This document shows, in pieces, positions 50,850 through 62,795 of a stretch of DNA of 64,000 nt. This DNA is from Callorhinchus milii (taxonomy: Eukaryota), in assembly GCF_018977255.1 (NCBI RefSeq), contig NW_024704742.1, positions 248,001 to 312,000 on the forward strand. Reading direction: 5' to 3'. Every line of letters starts with the position of its first letter. Within the stretch, counting starts at the first letter, position 1. The position numbers and the translations under genes were made by a program. Under the pieces are notes generated by a model, which saw only the letters and a list, made by a program, of their open reading frames with translations, was not told where the DNA came from and made no database searches.

Positions 50850-51395
50850 ATCAGGTACAGTATTAGAAGGTCTGTGGCCTTGATCTATCCCCCTTTTTAA
50901 GTATAGGTGTACCGTTAGCTATCCTCCAGTCCGCTGGCACTACTCCCTTTTCTAATGAGTTATTATATATTATGTATTAGTGCCTCAGATTATTTTAACA
51001 TACTATATGCAATCCACCCAGACCAGGGGTTACCCTCCCTGAGCTTGGTTAGTTTGTTCAATGTCTCCCCATTTTTATCCTAAATGTATTTATATCATTT
51101 TTGATCTCTTCTTCTGCTGTCGTGTCCACCTGTCCCACCTCCCAGGTAAATCCTGAGGAAAAGTAATTGTTGGAATATTTCTGCCATTGCACTGTGGCCG
51201 CCTGTGAGCTCACGGTGTCCATCCCTTAGTGACCCTATTCCTACTTTGATTTTTCTTTTGTTACTTATGTCTGTAGAATATTTTACTACTTCTTTTTATA
51301 TTCCTTGATAATTTAGTTTCATAATTCCTCTGTGCCTTCCTGGTTGTTGTTGTTGGTTTTTTTTTGACTTCTTTCCTAACCTCTTTGTATTGATT
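50850..51395 (-). mobile_element. CR1 ORF2 fragment (tether region)
   Basis: YKEVRKEVKK...RKAQRNYETKLSRNIKRSSKIFYRH. Confidence 0.8.
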
Positions 51396-52644
51396 TTTGC
51401 ATTTGATATATATATAGCGCTTTACGACAATGGTTTCGAGACGACGACCATTAGAAATTCTGGGTCTTAGGTTTGCCTCATGCAATATGAAGTACAAACT
51501 GTGAAGATAGAAATTAACCGAATAAATCTGGTTCTGAAATGTGAACCGTTTGGATACGTTCATCAAACAGTAACGCAGGTATTAGACACTCTCGAATGAA
51601 GTTGGAGCAGCTCTTCGCTTTATAAAGCCAACAATTTCGTGGTTGATGACCCTGCAATGTATCCCATCATTGGGAGTTTAGCAGATCTCCTGGACCTGTG
51701 GTGTTTACACATTATTATTTAGTTCCTTCCTCTCACCCCCCCCCCCCCCCCAACCCCCCCATCCTCACACTGCTGTCGGTTGGATGAATTGTAACCTCGT
51801 GGGATCACCAGTGTATGTTGTGCTTAAGCCACAATGCCAGTGCCTAATAGTGTATAATTGTATACAGTGCGGAAAGAAAATGCACTTTATTTCACCATTT
51901 TACCCTGAGGAAGTACAAATAGAGATTTTCAGAAGTGTAGCAGTAACTGAAGCGGTGAGGCATATGTTTGTCCTTCCCCATCTGCAGATATATACCCCTC
52001 TTCTCCCCCCCCCCAATTTCCTGAAGCCCTTTCCTTCTTCTCGCTCTGTCTTTAAATCTTATTATTTTCTGACTCTTTCATTTTTCTGTTCTCTTTGTCC
52101 ATGTGGACTTCCATTACTCATTAGTGATTTTTCAATTTTATTTCAATCTTAGCTTCCTTCTAATAATTTTCCTTAAACTTACCTCAGGCTTATTTAAAAT
52201 TTTCTGTGCCATACCATTTTTCTCTTTCCTTTGACTGATCCTAACTCTTATCATTTTCAGTGTTGCCTTAAACTTCGTCTGGGAACATTTTTCCTTGCTT
52301 GGCAGGAAAAGAGCACTGGCGCAGAACACATTTTCCTAAATTAGAAATTGTTTTATCTCATGCTTAATGTTATGGAAATATTATTGAATAATAACCCTGA
52401 CATTTGGTATTTTGGTATTGCCCACAAGATACAGAGTCAAACCATATTACAGTAAATCTTGTGAAGCGATTTGGGATGTCCTCCTGACTTGAAAGGCACT
52501 ATACAAAATAATAATAATAATAAATGCAAGGATTATTATTATTATTTTACGTTGGCAGGACAATGCAATCAATCACAGCAACCAGTTTTCCAATACCCAC
52601 TGGTTGGATACATACTCTTTGCTTATTTCCACCCAACTTGTAAA

Positions 52645-52951
52645 TTTAAATCCCGGGCGGGGTGAAACATTGGGCAAGTTTCCTTACTCCACCCACCTCT
52701 GTTTACCTGGCAGTAAATAGGAACCCGGTTGTTGGACGATTGGAGGATCACTTTTCTGGTGGTAATAAACCCTTAAAAATAAACAAATAAATGAATAAAT
52801 AAATAAAAATAATAATAATTTGGTCATTCAAATCATGACTGTTTCACCCACAAATATTCAGTCAATTCACTTCAGAGTATATTCTGTGAAGCGCTTTGAG
52901 ACGTCTCGAAAACATGATATATCAAATGCAAGGATTATAATTATTATTATT
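52645..52951 (+). mobile_element. 5'-truncated long-form SINE
   Basis: TTGGGCAAGTTTCCTTACTCCACCCACCTCTGTTTACCTGGCAGTAAATAGG body and the same tail. Confidence 0.85.
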
Positions 52952-54379
52952 ACTGAAGCTCTCTCAGCCCAGCATTGCACTGGAGTACTAAAGTTTGTCT
53001 GGATTATGTCCCACTTCAACCTAATTGGCTGAAGAAATCACACAATCATACTTTCTATCTATCACAGAAGCCTGCAATGAGATATCCACATGTCTCACCT
53101 TGTCTGTTAGCGAGGATGAAGAACCTACTCTGTACCTTATCCTGGGTTGCAACAGCAAGTTAAGATTGTTTGGGAAATTCATCCTCTGTTTGGCTGTGCT
53201 GATACTGCCTTTTTTTAACCCACATTCATTTTCCTTTGTGACGTTCACACAATTTACCTACACACAACAATTCCCATTAATAAAAACTTCTAATACTCTC
53301 AATTCTCTTATCATCGCAATTCAGAGGCCCTTAAGTGGGTAATTCTGCTGGTGAGGCTCCTGAATGGTGCATAATTTACATAGAAATTGTAAGAGTGTCA
53401 CAGTGGGTTAGAATATTACCCTTTTATCTCAAGGATCTCCTTCAGACTAATGGAATAAAAGCCTCTTCTCTCTTTGGCTGTAAAGGTCCTATATGAAATA
53501 AGTTTAATCAACGTCAAGACAGGTCTGTGCGGGTTAAAAACCCTTTACCCTGCGCAAACTGGTTGCCATGTTTACCTACATATCAGACACTATAAATGAC
53601 AGTAATTATCTGTAAAGCAAGTTGAAATATTTTGATGTTGTAGAAGCTCCGTCTAATGCAAGGAGTATGTAAACCTTCATAAAAATTCAAAGTGTGTCTG
53701 GACATCAGTGAGGATAGGATTGGGTCTTAACTAAGATGTTCCCCCAGAGTCAAACACTGCTACATTCAGTGTCAAAACTCATACATGTATAATGGCCATT
53801 TGGGGACCTACCTCTGGCTGCAACAGAGAAGTGGGGGAAAATTGAGCAAAATGTACTCGGAGGGGTGGGGGTGGGGGGGGGGGGAGTAGAGAAAATTAGA
53901 AGAAAAGAAAAAGAAATGTGAAAAAAAATTGATAGACACTTTAATCTCAAAGTGTCTGTCAATAGATAGAAAAATTGATAAATTATGAACTAACTCCAAG
54001 TGATTAAACCGCACTTTGAGATTAAAGTGGCGAACTGCAAACAAATACAATCAGATAGGATCTGTTTACAGTTTGCCACTTTAAGCTCTCCCAAGAGAGT
54101 GTTCAAGTACAAATAACACTTGAAAGGATAGCATACTCCTTTATATACCAAATAGTAGCAGTTTACGATAAACAACAGAGATATTTGGAATAACATAATC
54201 GACACAAGAAAAACACAGTTTTAAAATATTTTGAAAAAGATCAATTTTTGTTTGAAAATCTGAAATAAGGAAGTGGTTGTAACAAATTGTTGGCTGGATG
54301 TTATACAATGAGTTGTTTTTTATATTATGTAAACACTCTCCAAATGAAAATATACTTATGTAGGAGGATATATACAGAC

Positions 54380-54720
54380 AAGTAGATTGGGCAGAGAGAG
54401 AGCAGATGAAATTGAATGCAGAAAAGTGTGAGGTTATACATTTTGGATGGAAGAATAGGGAATATAACTATTTGCTATGGTAACATTTTAAAGGGCCTGA
54501 AAGTCTTACGGATCAACACACATAAGTCTTTAAAGGTGGGAAGGCAGATTGACAAAACTAGAAGGCTTATGGGACCCTAGGTAGAAGCATAGAATATAAA
54601 ACCAAACAGATGATGTCTTATCTCTATAAATCTTTAGTTAGACCACAGTCAAATTATTGTGTACATTTTTAGTCATCCCATCATAGGAAAGACATTAGAG
54701 CCGCAGAGAGAGTGCTTCTA
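54380..54720 (+). mobile_element. CR1 RT fragment
   Basis: WAEREQMKLNAEKCEVIHFG...LYKSLVRP. Confidence 0.8.
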
Positions 54721-56705
54721 TCAAGTGTCAGGTAAGTGTCACTTTGGCTCAGCTCAGTTGGTAGCATTCTGCCTCTGTGTCTGGAGGTCCCATGCTGAGA
54801 CATTCAACTCATATAGACTTAAGTTATTCAATTTACACAATAAAAGACTAATAAATTAATCAAATAGCGATGGCGTCAATGCAAAGATCAATTATGGAAT
54901 GCCACCCTGAATGGTGACCACTTCTTAAACAGACTTATAACTCAGACTAAGCATTTAACGCAGGTAAAATAAGAACCAGAAAATTTTGCTTAAAGCACCA
55001 GAAATCCCTTGTGCATTAGTGGCATCATTAGCCACCAGCCAGAATTCAAACGTACTGCTGTGTCCCAGGTGATGGGTACACACAGTGATTTCTAACGCAG
55101 CTGAAAGGCTCATGGAGAGGCTGCGTTGAGTGAGATTTTCATGCTGTTTGGGCAAAGAATACCCAATGTGAAGACCAGACAAATGGAGTGTTTACAACAA
55201 CTGAAGTACAGGTGACCCATTGTGTCTTCACTGATGTTAGATACCCTGTTAGAGTTATCCAAGTGGCTTGAACAGGCATTGATGGCATTCTAACAATCCT
55301 CAGTGTAAAACATCTTATTTTATCTTTTGATGATAGGTTTCAGTTGTGTGGCTGATTTGTCGATCGATGGAAATAGCCTTTCACTATTTACCACCAATCA
55401 AAGCCGTTCCTGATTTTGAAAACCTCTCTCAGATTCTTCCTCCTCAATTTTTTTCTGTTTAAGCAAGAACAGTTCCAACTTTTCAAGGAAAGATGGTCAC
55501 TGAATCCCTGTCTGGCAAACAAAACAACATCAAGAAAAGGTTGAGAAGGTACAATCTTGAGCAGGTAGGGATCTTTAAGTGCAAAGAGATTAGAAACCAT
55601 AAGGTTTTTACAAGGACGTTTACGTTTGATACTGAAGCTGGCACCAGGTTCAAACTGCGAGATGGACCTAATAAGCTTTTGGAAAAAGAGACGAGGCTCA
55701 GGACTAGGATATGACGGTAGATAGATGACAAATGTTCTAAATTACAATTAAAATTAAGTAGCATCTGGAAATCTGCATTGCATTATAATAACTGCTTCAT
55801 GAATCATTTCATTAAATAAGATATAGTATGATATTTTCATTAAAACCCAGTGGAAAAATAATGGTGTTCCAGAATAAAGTGGAAAAAGATCACTGGGAAA
55901 ACATATCTCAGCTCAGCTGTCCACAGGGAGGTAAGTGAGACCAAATGGGGCACTTGCCCAGATTGAGTAAACATAATTGCCTCACTCATACCCACTTTGT
56001 TGTTGACTGGATTACAGGCCAGCATTGGCACACAGTGTGGAAGAACAAGCTCTGGCATGTTTAAATCAATCAGGCAGTTCATCAGAAGATTATTGGAGGG
56101 GATAATCAGGATTATTCTTTCTATCATCAATAATTCACAATTTAAGAAAAGTTAATTTGTTTGCTAAATTATTGCAATTTTTCTTATGTTACAACACCCT
56201 GGCAAACATTTATACATTACTTTCATTGCTACAGTCCATATGTGGTACAATATGGGTATCATGGTGTGGTAGGGAGTGAGTCTTGCTGAGTGGCTTGTGA
56301 GTTTGTTAGTATCTGTATCACCTCCCTGTGTGATGGACACTATATAAATGCAAATTGTTCTTGTAATCTGTATGTGCTATTGCAGCTGTGGGTTGTGTTT
56401 GTGTCTGGTGGGGTTTTGGCTGCATTGCCATGGCTTCATGAACATCTGTAGGGAGAATTTATTGCGTACTCCTGTCAGTGATACTCAAGCTATGTGAAGA
56501 ACCTTGCCATGGTCAGCCAACTGCTGGCAGGGGGACACGGATGGAGACCAGATGCTCACATTGGCCCATTTTCTTTACTGCTACCACTGGTAGTGAGGGA
56601 GGGGAAATGGCTCTATCTGCCATATCCTCAATAAGATCTACCATTGACCTGCAGCTGGGAGGAAACCCAGTAGTTTGGTTTTGTTTCATCCGAGGTATTC
56701 TGTAT

Positions 56706-57032
56706 ATAATAATAATAATAAATAATAATCCTTGCATTTGATATAGCGCTTTTCACGTCTTCTCAACGTCCCAAAGCACTTCACAGAATATACTGTAAAG
56801 TGAATTGACTGTATATTTGTGGGTGAAACGCAGCAGCCAATTGCGCACAGCAGTGTCCCACAAACAGTCATGGATTGAAAATGACCAATTTATTATTGTT
56901 TTGGAGGGATTATTATAAGGCTGTGTGTGGAGTAAGGAAACTTGCCCAAGGTCTCGCCCTGACCTGCCGGGGATTGAACTCAGGTCTCTCGCTTGCAAAA
57001 CGAGTGCTCTAACCACTGAGCTACAGGACTTC
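56706..57032 (-). mobile_element. tRNA-derived SINE, full length
   Basis: Same family; A and B boxes and (ATT)n tail. Confidence 0.92.
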
Positions 57033-58554
57033 ATATGAAAGTCTTGAAGTCAACAGTCTGGATCTACTCCAACTGTATGCTTGATATATCTTATTTATTT
57101 TATGAAGTACTTTTCAGGAGTAAGGTTGGATCTTTGCACAAGGTGCAATGTGGCACACTGTACTCTCTTTGCTGTAGTATTCCCTGGTATTTTGCGGAGT
57201 CTTCTGGGTTCTGTTAATTCTGTTTCAAAGAATTGTAAAACCATGTACATGCAGCAAAGGAGGAATTTTCACATTGCTTAATTTGTCATTGAACGAGAAG
57301 TTAACAAATTAAATTAAAAAGTTGAAACTTCTTCTCTGTAGCCTTTGTCATTGGTTAGGTTTCCGTGTACAGTGGAGTCAATAAATCATAGCCTGATCTT
57401 TGAGACAAGCGTGAAGCTTTTTGAGACGTCTCTAAGACGTGATAAGGCACTGTATCCAATGCAAGGATTATTATTATTAGCAGTAGTAGTAGTTTATTAT
57501 TTCTCAAGGTGTTGACAAGTTTGTTAAAAAACAGAGAAAGGGTATTCTAGTTGATAACTCTCTTCCAATAACAGTAGGGAAAGTTACAAAAAATGAAAAT
57601 GCCCCACCCAGACCATAATCCAAGCCAAATTTATTGCAACTATGAACATAATCCCATTTTCCCACATTTATTGAGAATAATCCACCGTATAACATTTATT
57701 CTGACTATGAAATGACTATGAAAGCAATTCCTGCAGTTATTGGTTCAGACACATTGAATTTAAATTGGTGCTGGTTTGCCAGCCTTAGAATAAAAGAAAC
57801 TGGCAATTTATAGGTAGATAAAAAATCAGACAGCTGGAATGGGATACAACACTACAATACATGCATCTAACAGATGGCAGAGTTCTGTTACTATATAAAA
57901 TCTTGAGTCCAGTGACTCACTGTAATTTTACTTATCAGACAATAGTATTCATTTCCGCACTGCTTTTTATTTATTTTATTACTTGTTTTATGATTACCTT
58001 TATTGAAGTAATTGTTCCGAAATTTGTAATCTTCTCTGTGATTTCTCTCCACACCGACACAGTCCAGCGAATCAAAACAAAAGGGAAAAGGAATCACAAC
58101 CAGGAAGATTAGCAAAAATGGTAGCAATTTACAGTGTAAAATAAATTCCACTACAGTAATTGAAAATGTATTTGTTGAGCAAATTAAGTCAGCAGTTAGT
58201 TGAACCTGTGGGTAGATACTTATTTTATATCTTGCTTGAGGTGGCTTGAGATAAGAATTTTTTACAATAAAAAATCTGTCTCGAGGTGAAACCTTGAGAT
58301 GTGCGTACTCTTTCACATATGTGACAAAAAAAAGATCGAACCCTGTACATGTGTCTCTAATAGTGACAGAGAGCTCTTCATTTGTTTCCAGTCACCCTGA
58401 TAACAAAGACAAAGGGGTTATTGTAAATGTGTATTGCAGAACAAAGGGGAAAATCTTCTGAACATAAGGCGGGTTCATTGGTCTCAAACAACAATTAGGT
58501 TTAAGCCTCAGGGGTGTGTAGAACCTTAGACTATTGTAATTACATCTGCTTCAG

Positions 58555-59145
58555 AAAGCAAACTCTTGCATTTCTATGCGTATAATCACACCGTGACTTC
58601 TCAAAGCACTCTACGCATAATTATTGTCAAATGTAGTGACGGCTTTTGAAGGCAAATACGGCAGACATAGCATAGCATAGCAAAATGCCACAAATGGTCA
58701 CAAGTGGTCAATTTATCTAGAGACTTGTTGGCTAGGATCCCAGGAAAGACTCTTTTTAAGCAGGGTCGTGGATCTTTAATATCCATCTGAGAACTGACAG
58801 GCAAATCTCAGTTTTAGAATCTCATTTTGCACTTTGAGTTTGGTGTATATCCTTATTATTAATCTTAATATCATATTACATTTTGGTAGAGCATATTTCA
58901 CGTCGGGAGAATGTCTCAATGCGTTTCACAACATATATTGTAGGGTGGAGTGACTTTTTTGGAGGGGAAACACTTCAGCCAATTTGCGCACAACAGTGCC
59001 CCAAAGACAGCTATGGGATGACTAATTTTATTGGGTGAGTCCTGGCCAGGACAATTCCCTTTGCTTTTCAAATAGGTGCCATGGGATCTTTAACGTCCAC
59101 CTGAACAGACAAATGGGACCTCGGTTTAATGTCTCAACCGAAGAA
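58555..59145 (-). mobile_element. Two tandem diverged Deu-type SINE 3' halves
   Basis: GGATCTTTAACGTCCACCTGAACAGAC plus tail motifs occur twice (about 58555-58810 and 58895-59145). Confidence 0.65.
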
Positions 59146-60412
59146 TGTTGATACCACAGTGGAGGCTATACCCACCTCCACACGGGTCACAAGCAATTAT
59201 TTTATTCTGATAAGACTAGCTTCATACCGGTGGGCTCTGAAGCTATCGAAGCATTGAAACTTGCTGGTTCTGTTGTTAAGGCCTTTGTAATATTCTGCAG
59301 GGTATGTCCTGTCCAGAGACATGTCCATAGACATCGACAGGTTGGATGTCAGCCAATAATCCTGCAATTCTGATTTATTTTTTAAAAAAAAATTTCACTG
59401 GAACACAGCTGGAAATAACATTGCCTTGAGAATACATATATCACTCAGTGCAAATGCAACTTCAGAATTTCACTTATTAATGTCAACTCTATCTTAGTGA
59501 AATCTTCTAGTGATTTTGTTTTATTCTCCTTTGACTGGTATACACAGTAAGTGCTCACCCATTCCTCAACTCCCAATCCTCAGAAGATCATTCTTTTCAT
59601 GACTTGACATCACCCAGATTTCAACCTTCTATCTGAAATAACATAATCTGTGTCATTAATAAATATTACGGATCACAGTAATCCCTGGGAGACTTTGCTA
59701 GTTGAAGCTGTCAGATTAGTTATTTATATCTTCTCTCATTCTCATCTGGGTTTGTCTGAGTGGAACGAGAACAAGGTGTGATTCCACTGAGGGATTGATG
59801 TCTAAATGTTCTCCATGTATATCCAAGAGCCACTGCCTACTAAATTTTAATTGATGCAATCTTTAAAGTGTTAGGGCTGGAGACGGCATTACTAATGCTG
59901 CATTTATATTGCAGTGCTGTTGCGAACAGCAGCCCTGTCTTTAGCAGTAGTACTATAATAGAGCAAATGCAGTTTATTTGACACCAGAGCTGATCACAGC
60001 AGCAGCTGATTACTTGATTACAAGTGTTTAAGTGTACTTAGACATCCTGAGGATCGGTGTGTGTGAGTGCCATCATTTTCATGGCAGATAATGATCCGTT
60101 GCCATGTTTGGTGTGACATCTTCCATAACATGGAAGGAGAGATGAGGTGAAATAAATCTCTGACAGCTTGGGGGTAAAGAGGACACTTTGTAGATTCAGC
60201 TTTGAGTCTGCTGTGTGTCATGCTGCTTCAGGGTGTGCTGACTGCCATTGCTTTTCTAGCTGGGAGTATATTGAGATGTCAGCCTTCTTCTACGGGCCAG
60301 CAATGAGATTTTGGCACTATTGACCTGTAAAGACTTACCTAGTGATCAGGTGAGTCCCACAGCAAACCATTTAAAATCGTGACTCATAGAACAACAACAA
60401 CAAATTCCATTT

Positions 60413-60657
60413 ATAACAATAATAATAATCTTTGCATTTGATATCAAGCCTTATCATGTCTTCGAGATGTTTGAAAGCGCTTCACAGGATACAATGTAAA
60501 GTGAATTGACTGTATATTTTGTGGGCAAAACGCGGCAGCCAATTGTGCACAGCAGTGTCCCACTAACAGTCGTGGGTTGAGTGACCAATTTATTTACTTT
60601 TCTTTGAAAATTGGAAATAGGTCTCTCGCTTGCGAGTGTTCTAACCATTGAGCTATG
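60413..60657 (-). mobile_element. tRNA-derived SINE with internal deletion
   Basis: Head and tail present; the CORE-like middle is missing. Confidence 0.85.
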
Positions 60658-60770
60658 GTGAATGAGAAGGTGGTCCATCAAGCAAATTACACTGGGTTAG
60701 ATAAGCTCTCTGTATCTATATCTATCTTTAGCTGAACAAGTCTTAGTTGGACAGTGCTTAAGTAAAAAAA

Positions 60771-61078
60771 AATCCTTGCATTTGATATAGCGCTTTTCAT
60801 GTCTTCAAGACGTCTCAAAGCGCTTCACAGAATATACTGTAAAGTGAATTAACTCTATATTTTGTGGGCAAAGCGCTGCAGCCAATTGCGCACAGCAGCA
60901 TCCCACTCACAGTCGTGGATTGAGTAACCAATTTTATCATTGTTATTTTTTTTGAGGGATTATTATTAGGCGTGTGGAGTAAGGAAACTTGCCCAAGGTT
61001 TCGCCCTGACCTGCCGGGAATCAAACCCAGGTCTCTCGCTTGCAGAGCGAGTGCTCTAACCACTGAGCTACAGGACGC
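60771..61078 (-). mobile_element. tRNA-derived SINE, full length
   Basis: Same family. Confidence 0.92.
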
Positions 61079-61895
61079 CTACGGTCATAGAGCCATTTAG
61101 CCATATTGTATTACAGCAGTAAGGAATTACGTTCCCACCAGCATTCTTACACTGGGTTCGACAATGACCTCGGTGACTCAGAAACGGGAGATTGTATGAT
61201 TTAGATGTGAAATGTGCCCTGAGGCTCCGTATTCAAAACGATGCTTCAAATAAGTAAATTGAACACGTTGACAGTACAGCAATTGCTTACTCTCCCAGGT
61301 CAAGGACATGGCATTTTGGGCATAAGATCGGTTTGAGTCTGTGATTAACTCGGGGGTCTTCCACAATATTCCATTTAACACACAAACAAGTCTGCTTTGA
61401 GGTGCTGCTTGATGCAGCTGAGATATTTAGAGAAATTTCCTTTACCATCTGGTTTAAAAACCATCTCACACCGCGTGGAATAAGGACCAGAGGTGATTCT
61501 GATCCACGCACTCCAGGCAGAGAGTTTGTTAATATCAGCCATTAGGTATTCCTCTGCTCGGAAAGTTTACGAATGGGTCCCTGACAACTGTCGTAATAAA
61601 TGCATTACGTATTTTATCACAGAGAAATATTTCAGAACAATTTGAAGAGTAGTGCTAATCCGATCCTCAGCCTGACCTGTTCCCCACCCTCCACTCTGGT
61701 GCTCTGCCAGAATTGTCGAGCGCATTGAGATGTCTTCCCGGCAAATAAGAATAATTGTATTGTAGTTGTTGCAACATTTGAAAAGTCTAATACGATGAAC
61801 GATCCCAATGTAAATTTGTCTGAGGGCAGCAGTGGTGTTCAGGTCATTGGGAAAACTCTGTGTGATATGTGTAAAGTATGCAATTGATGAGGATG

Positions 61896-62229
61896 ATAAT
61901 AATAATAATAATAATAATCATTGCATTTGATATAGCGCTTTTCACGTCGGGAGGACGTCCCAAAGCGCTTCACAGAACACACTGTAAAGTGAATTGACTG
62001 TATATTTGTGGGCGAACGCGACAGCCAATTGCGCACAGCAATGTCCCACAAACAGTCGTAGATTGAAAATGACCAATTTATTATTGTTTGGTTTTGGAGG
62101 GAATATTATTAGGGCTCTGTGTGTGGAGTGAGGACACTGCCCGAGGTCTCGCCCTGACTGACCCCCCGGGGATTGGACCCGGTGTCTCACTCACAAAGCG
62201 AGTGCTCTAACCCCTGAGCTACAGGACTC
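61896..62229 (-). mobile_element. tRNA-derived SINE, full length
   Basis: Same family; abuts an L2 fragment and the CpG-rich promoter. Confidence 0.9.
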
Positions 62230-62305
62230 GGTGTTTGGCGGAGACGGGCGATGTGTCGGAGGCAGAAGAAGGCGGTGCTGGTGAGGGACCGGACGTGGGG
62301 AGGAG
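62230..62305 (-). mobile_element. Short L2 RT fragment
   Basis: Translates as PHVRSLTSTAFFCLRHIARLR, matching PHIQAMTRSTFPQLRNIARLR of the L2 at 1-365. Confidence 0.75.
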
Positions 62306-62363
62306 CGATAATAACCTGACGCCGAGGCTGTGTACGGGCCCACAGGTGACGGCACGAGCCCAT

Positions 62364-62511
62364 TGCCATGTGACTGGGGGGGGGGGGGGGACGGTGCCAT
62401 GTGACTGGGGGAGGGGGGGTGCCATGTGACTGTGTGATAGTGCCATGTGACTGGGGGGATGGGGATGCCATGTGACTGTGTGACGCGAGGGAGGGGGATG
62501 CCATGTGACTG
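62364..62511 (+). repeat. Six copies of TGCCATGTGACTG with mostly G-rich spacers
   Basis: Copies start at 62364, 62395, 62420, 62441, 62466 and 62499. Confidence 0.95.
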
Positions 62512-62626
62512 TGTGACGCGGGGGGCGTGTCTAGTGTCAGGTGACGTCAGGCAGATCTCGCGGCCCTTCACGCGAGGTATCGCGAGATCAGGGAGTATAC
62601 CGTTTCCCCCGAAAGAAACCGAGACC

Positions 62627-62795
62627 CCGGGGCTGGGGGGACAGAGAGAGGGACCGGGGGACAGGCCCGGGGGGGGACAGAGAGAGAGGGACCGGGGGGG
62701 GGGACAGAGAGAGGGACCGGGGGGGGGGAGCCAGGCCCGGGGGGGGGACAGAGAGAGAGGGACCGGGGGGGGGACACAGCCCGGGACCGGGGGGA
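62627..62795 (+). repeat. G-rich minisatellite (G-run + ACAGAGAGAGGGACC)n
   Basis: About four units with variable G-run length, between the promoter motifs and the splice donor. Confidence 0.9.

Noticed and set aside
53385..53525. LF-SINE-like remnants (also about 14960 and 55900-56060)
   Set aside because: Resemblance is from memory and too degenerate to call without a Dfam search.
60259..60355. Acceptor/donor pair suggesting a plus-strand exon
   Set aside because: Stops in all three frames and no other support.
62364..62511. CRISPR-like repeat-spacer appearance
   Set aside because: Eukaryotic context, 13-nt repeats, low-complexity spacers, no cas genes.
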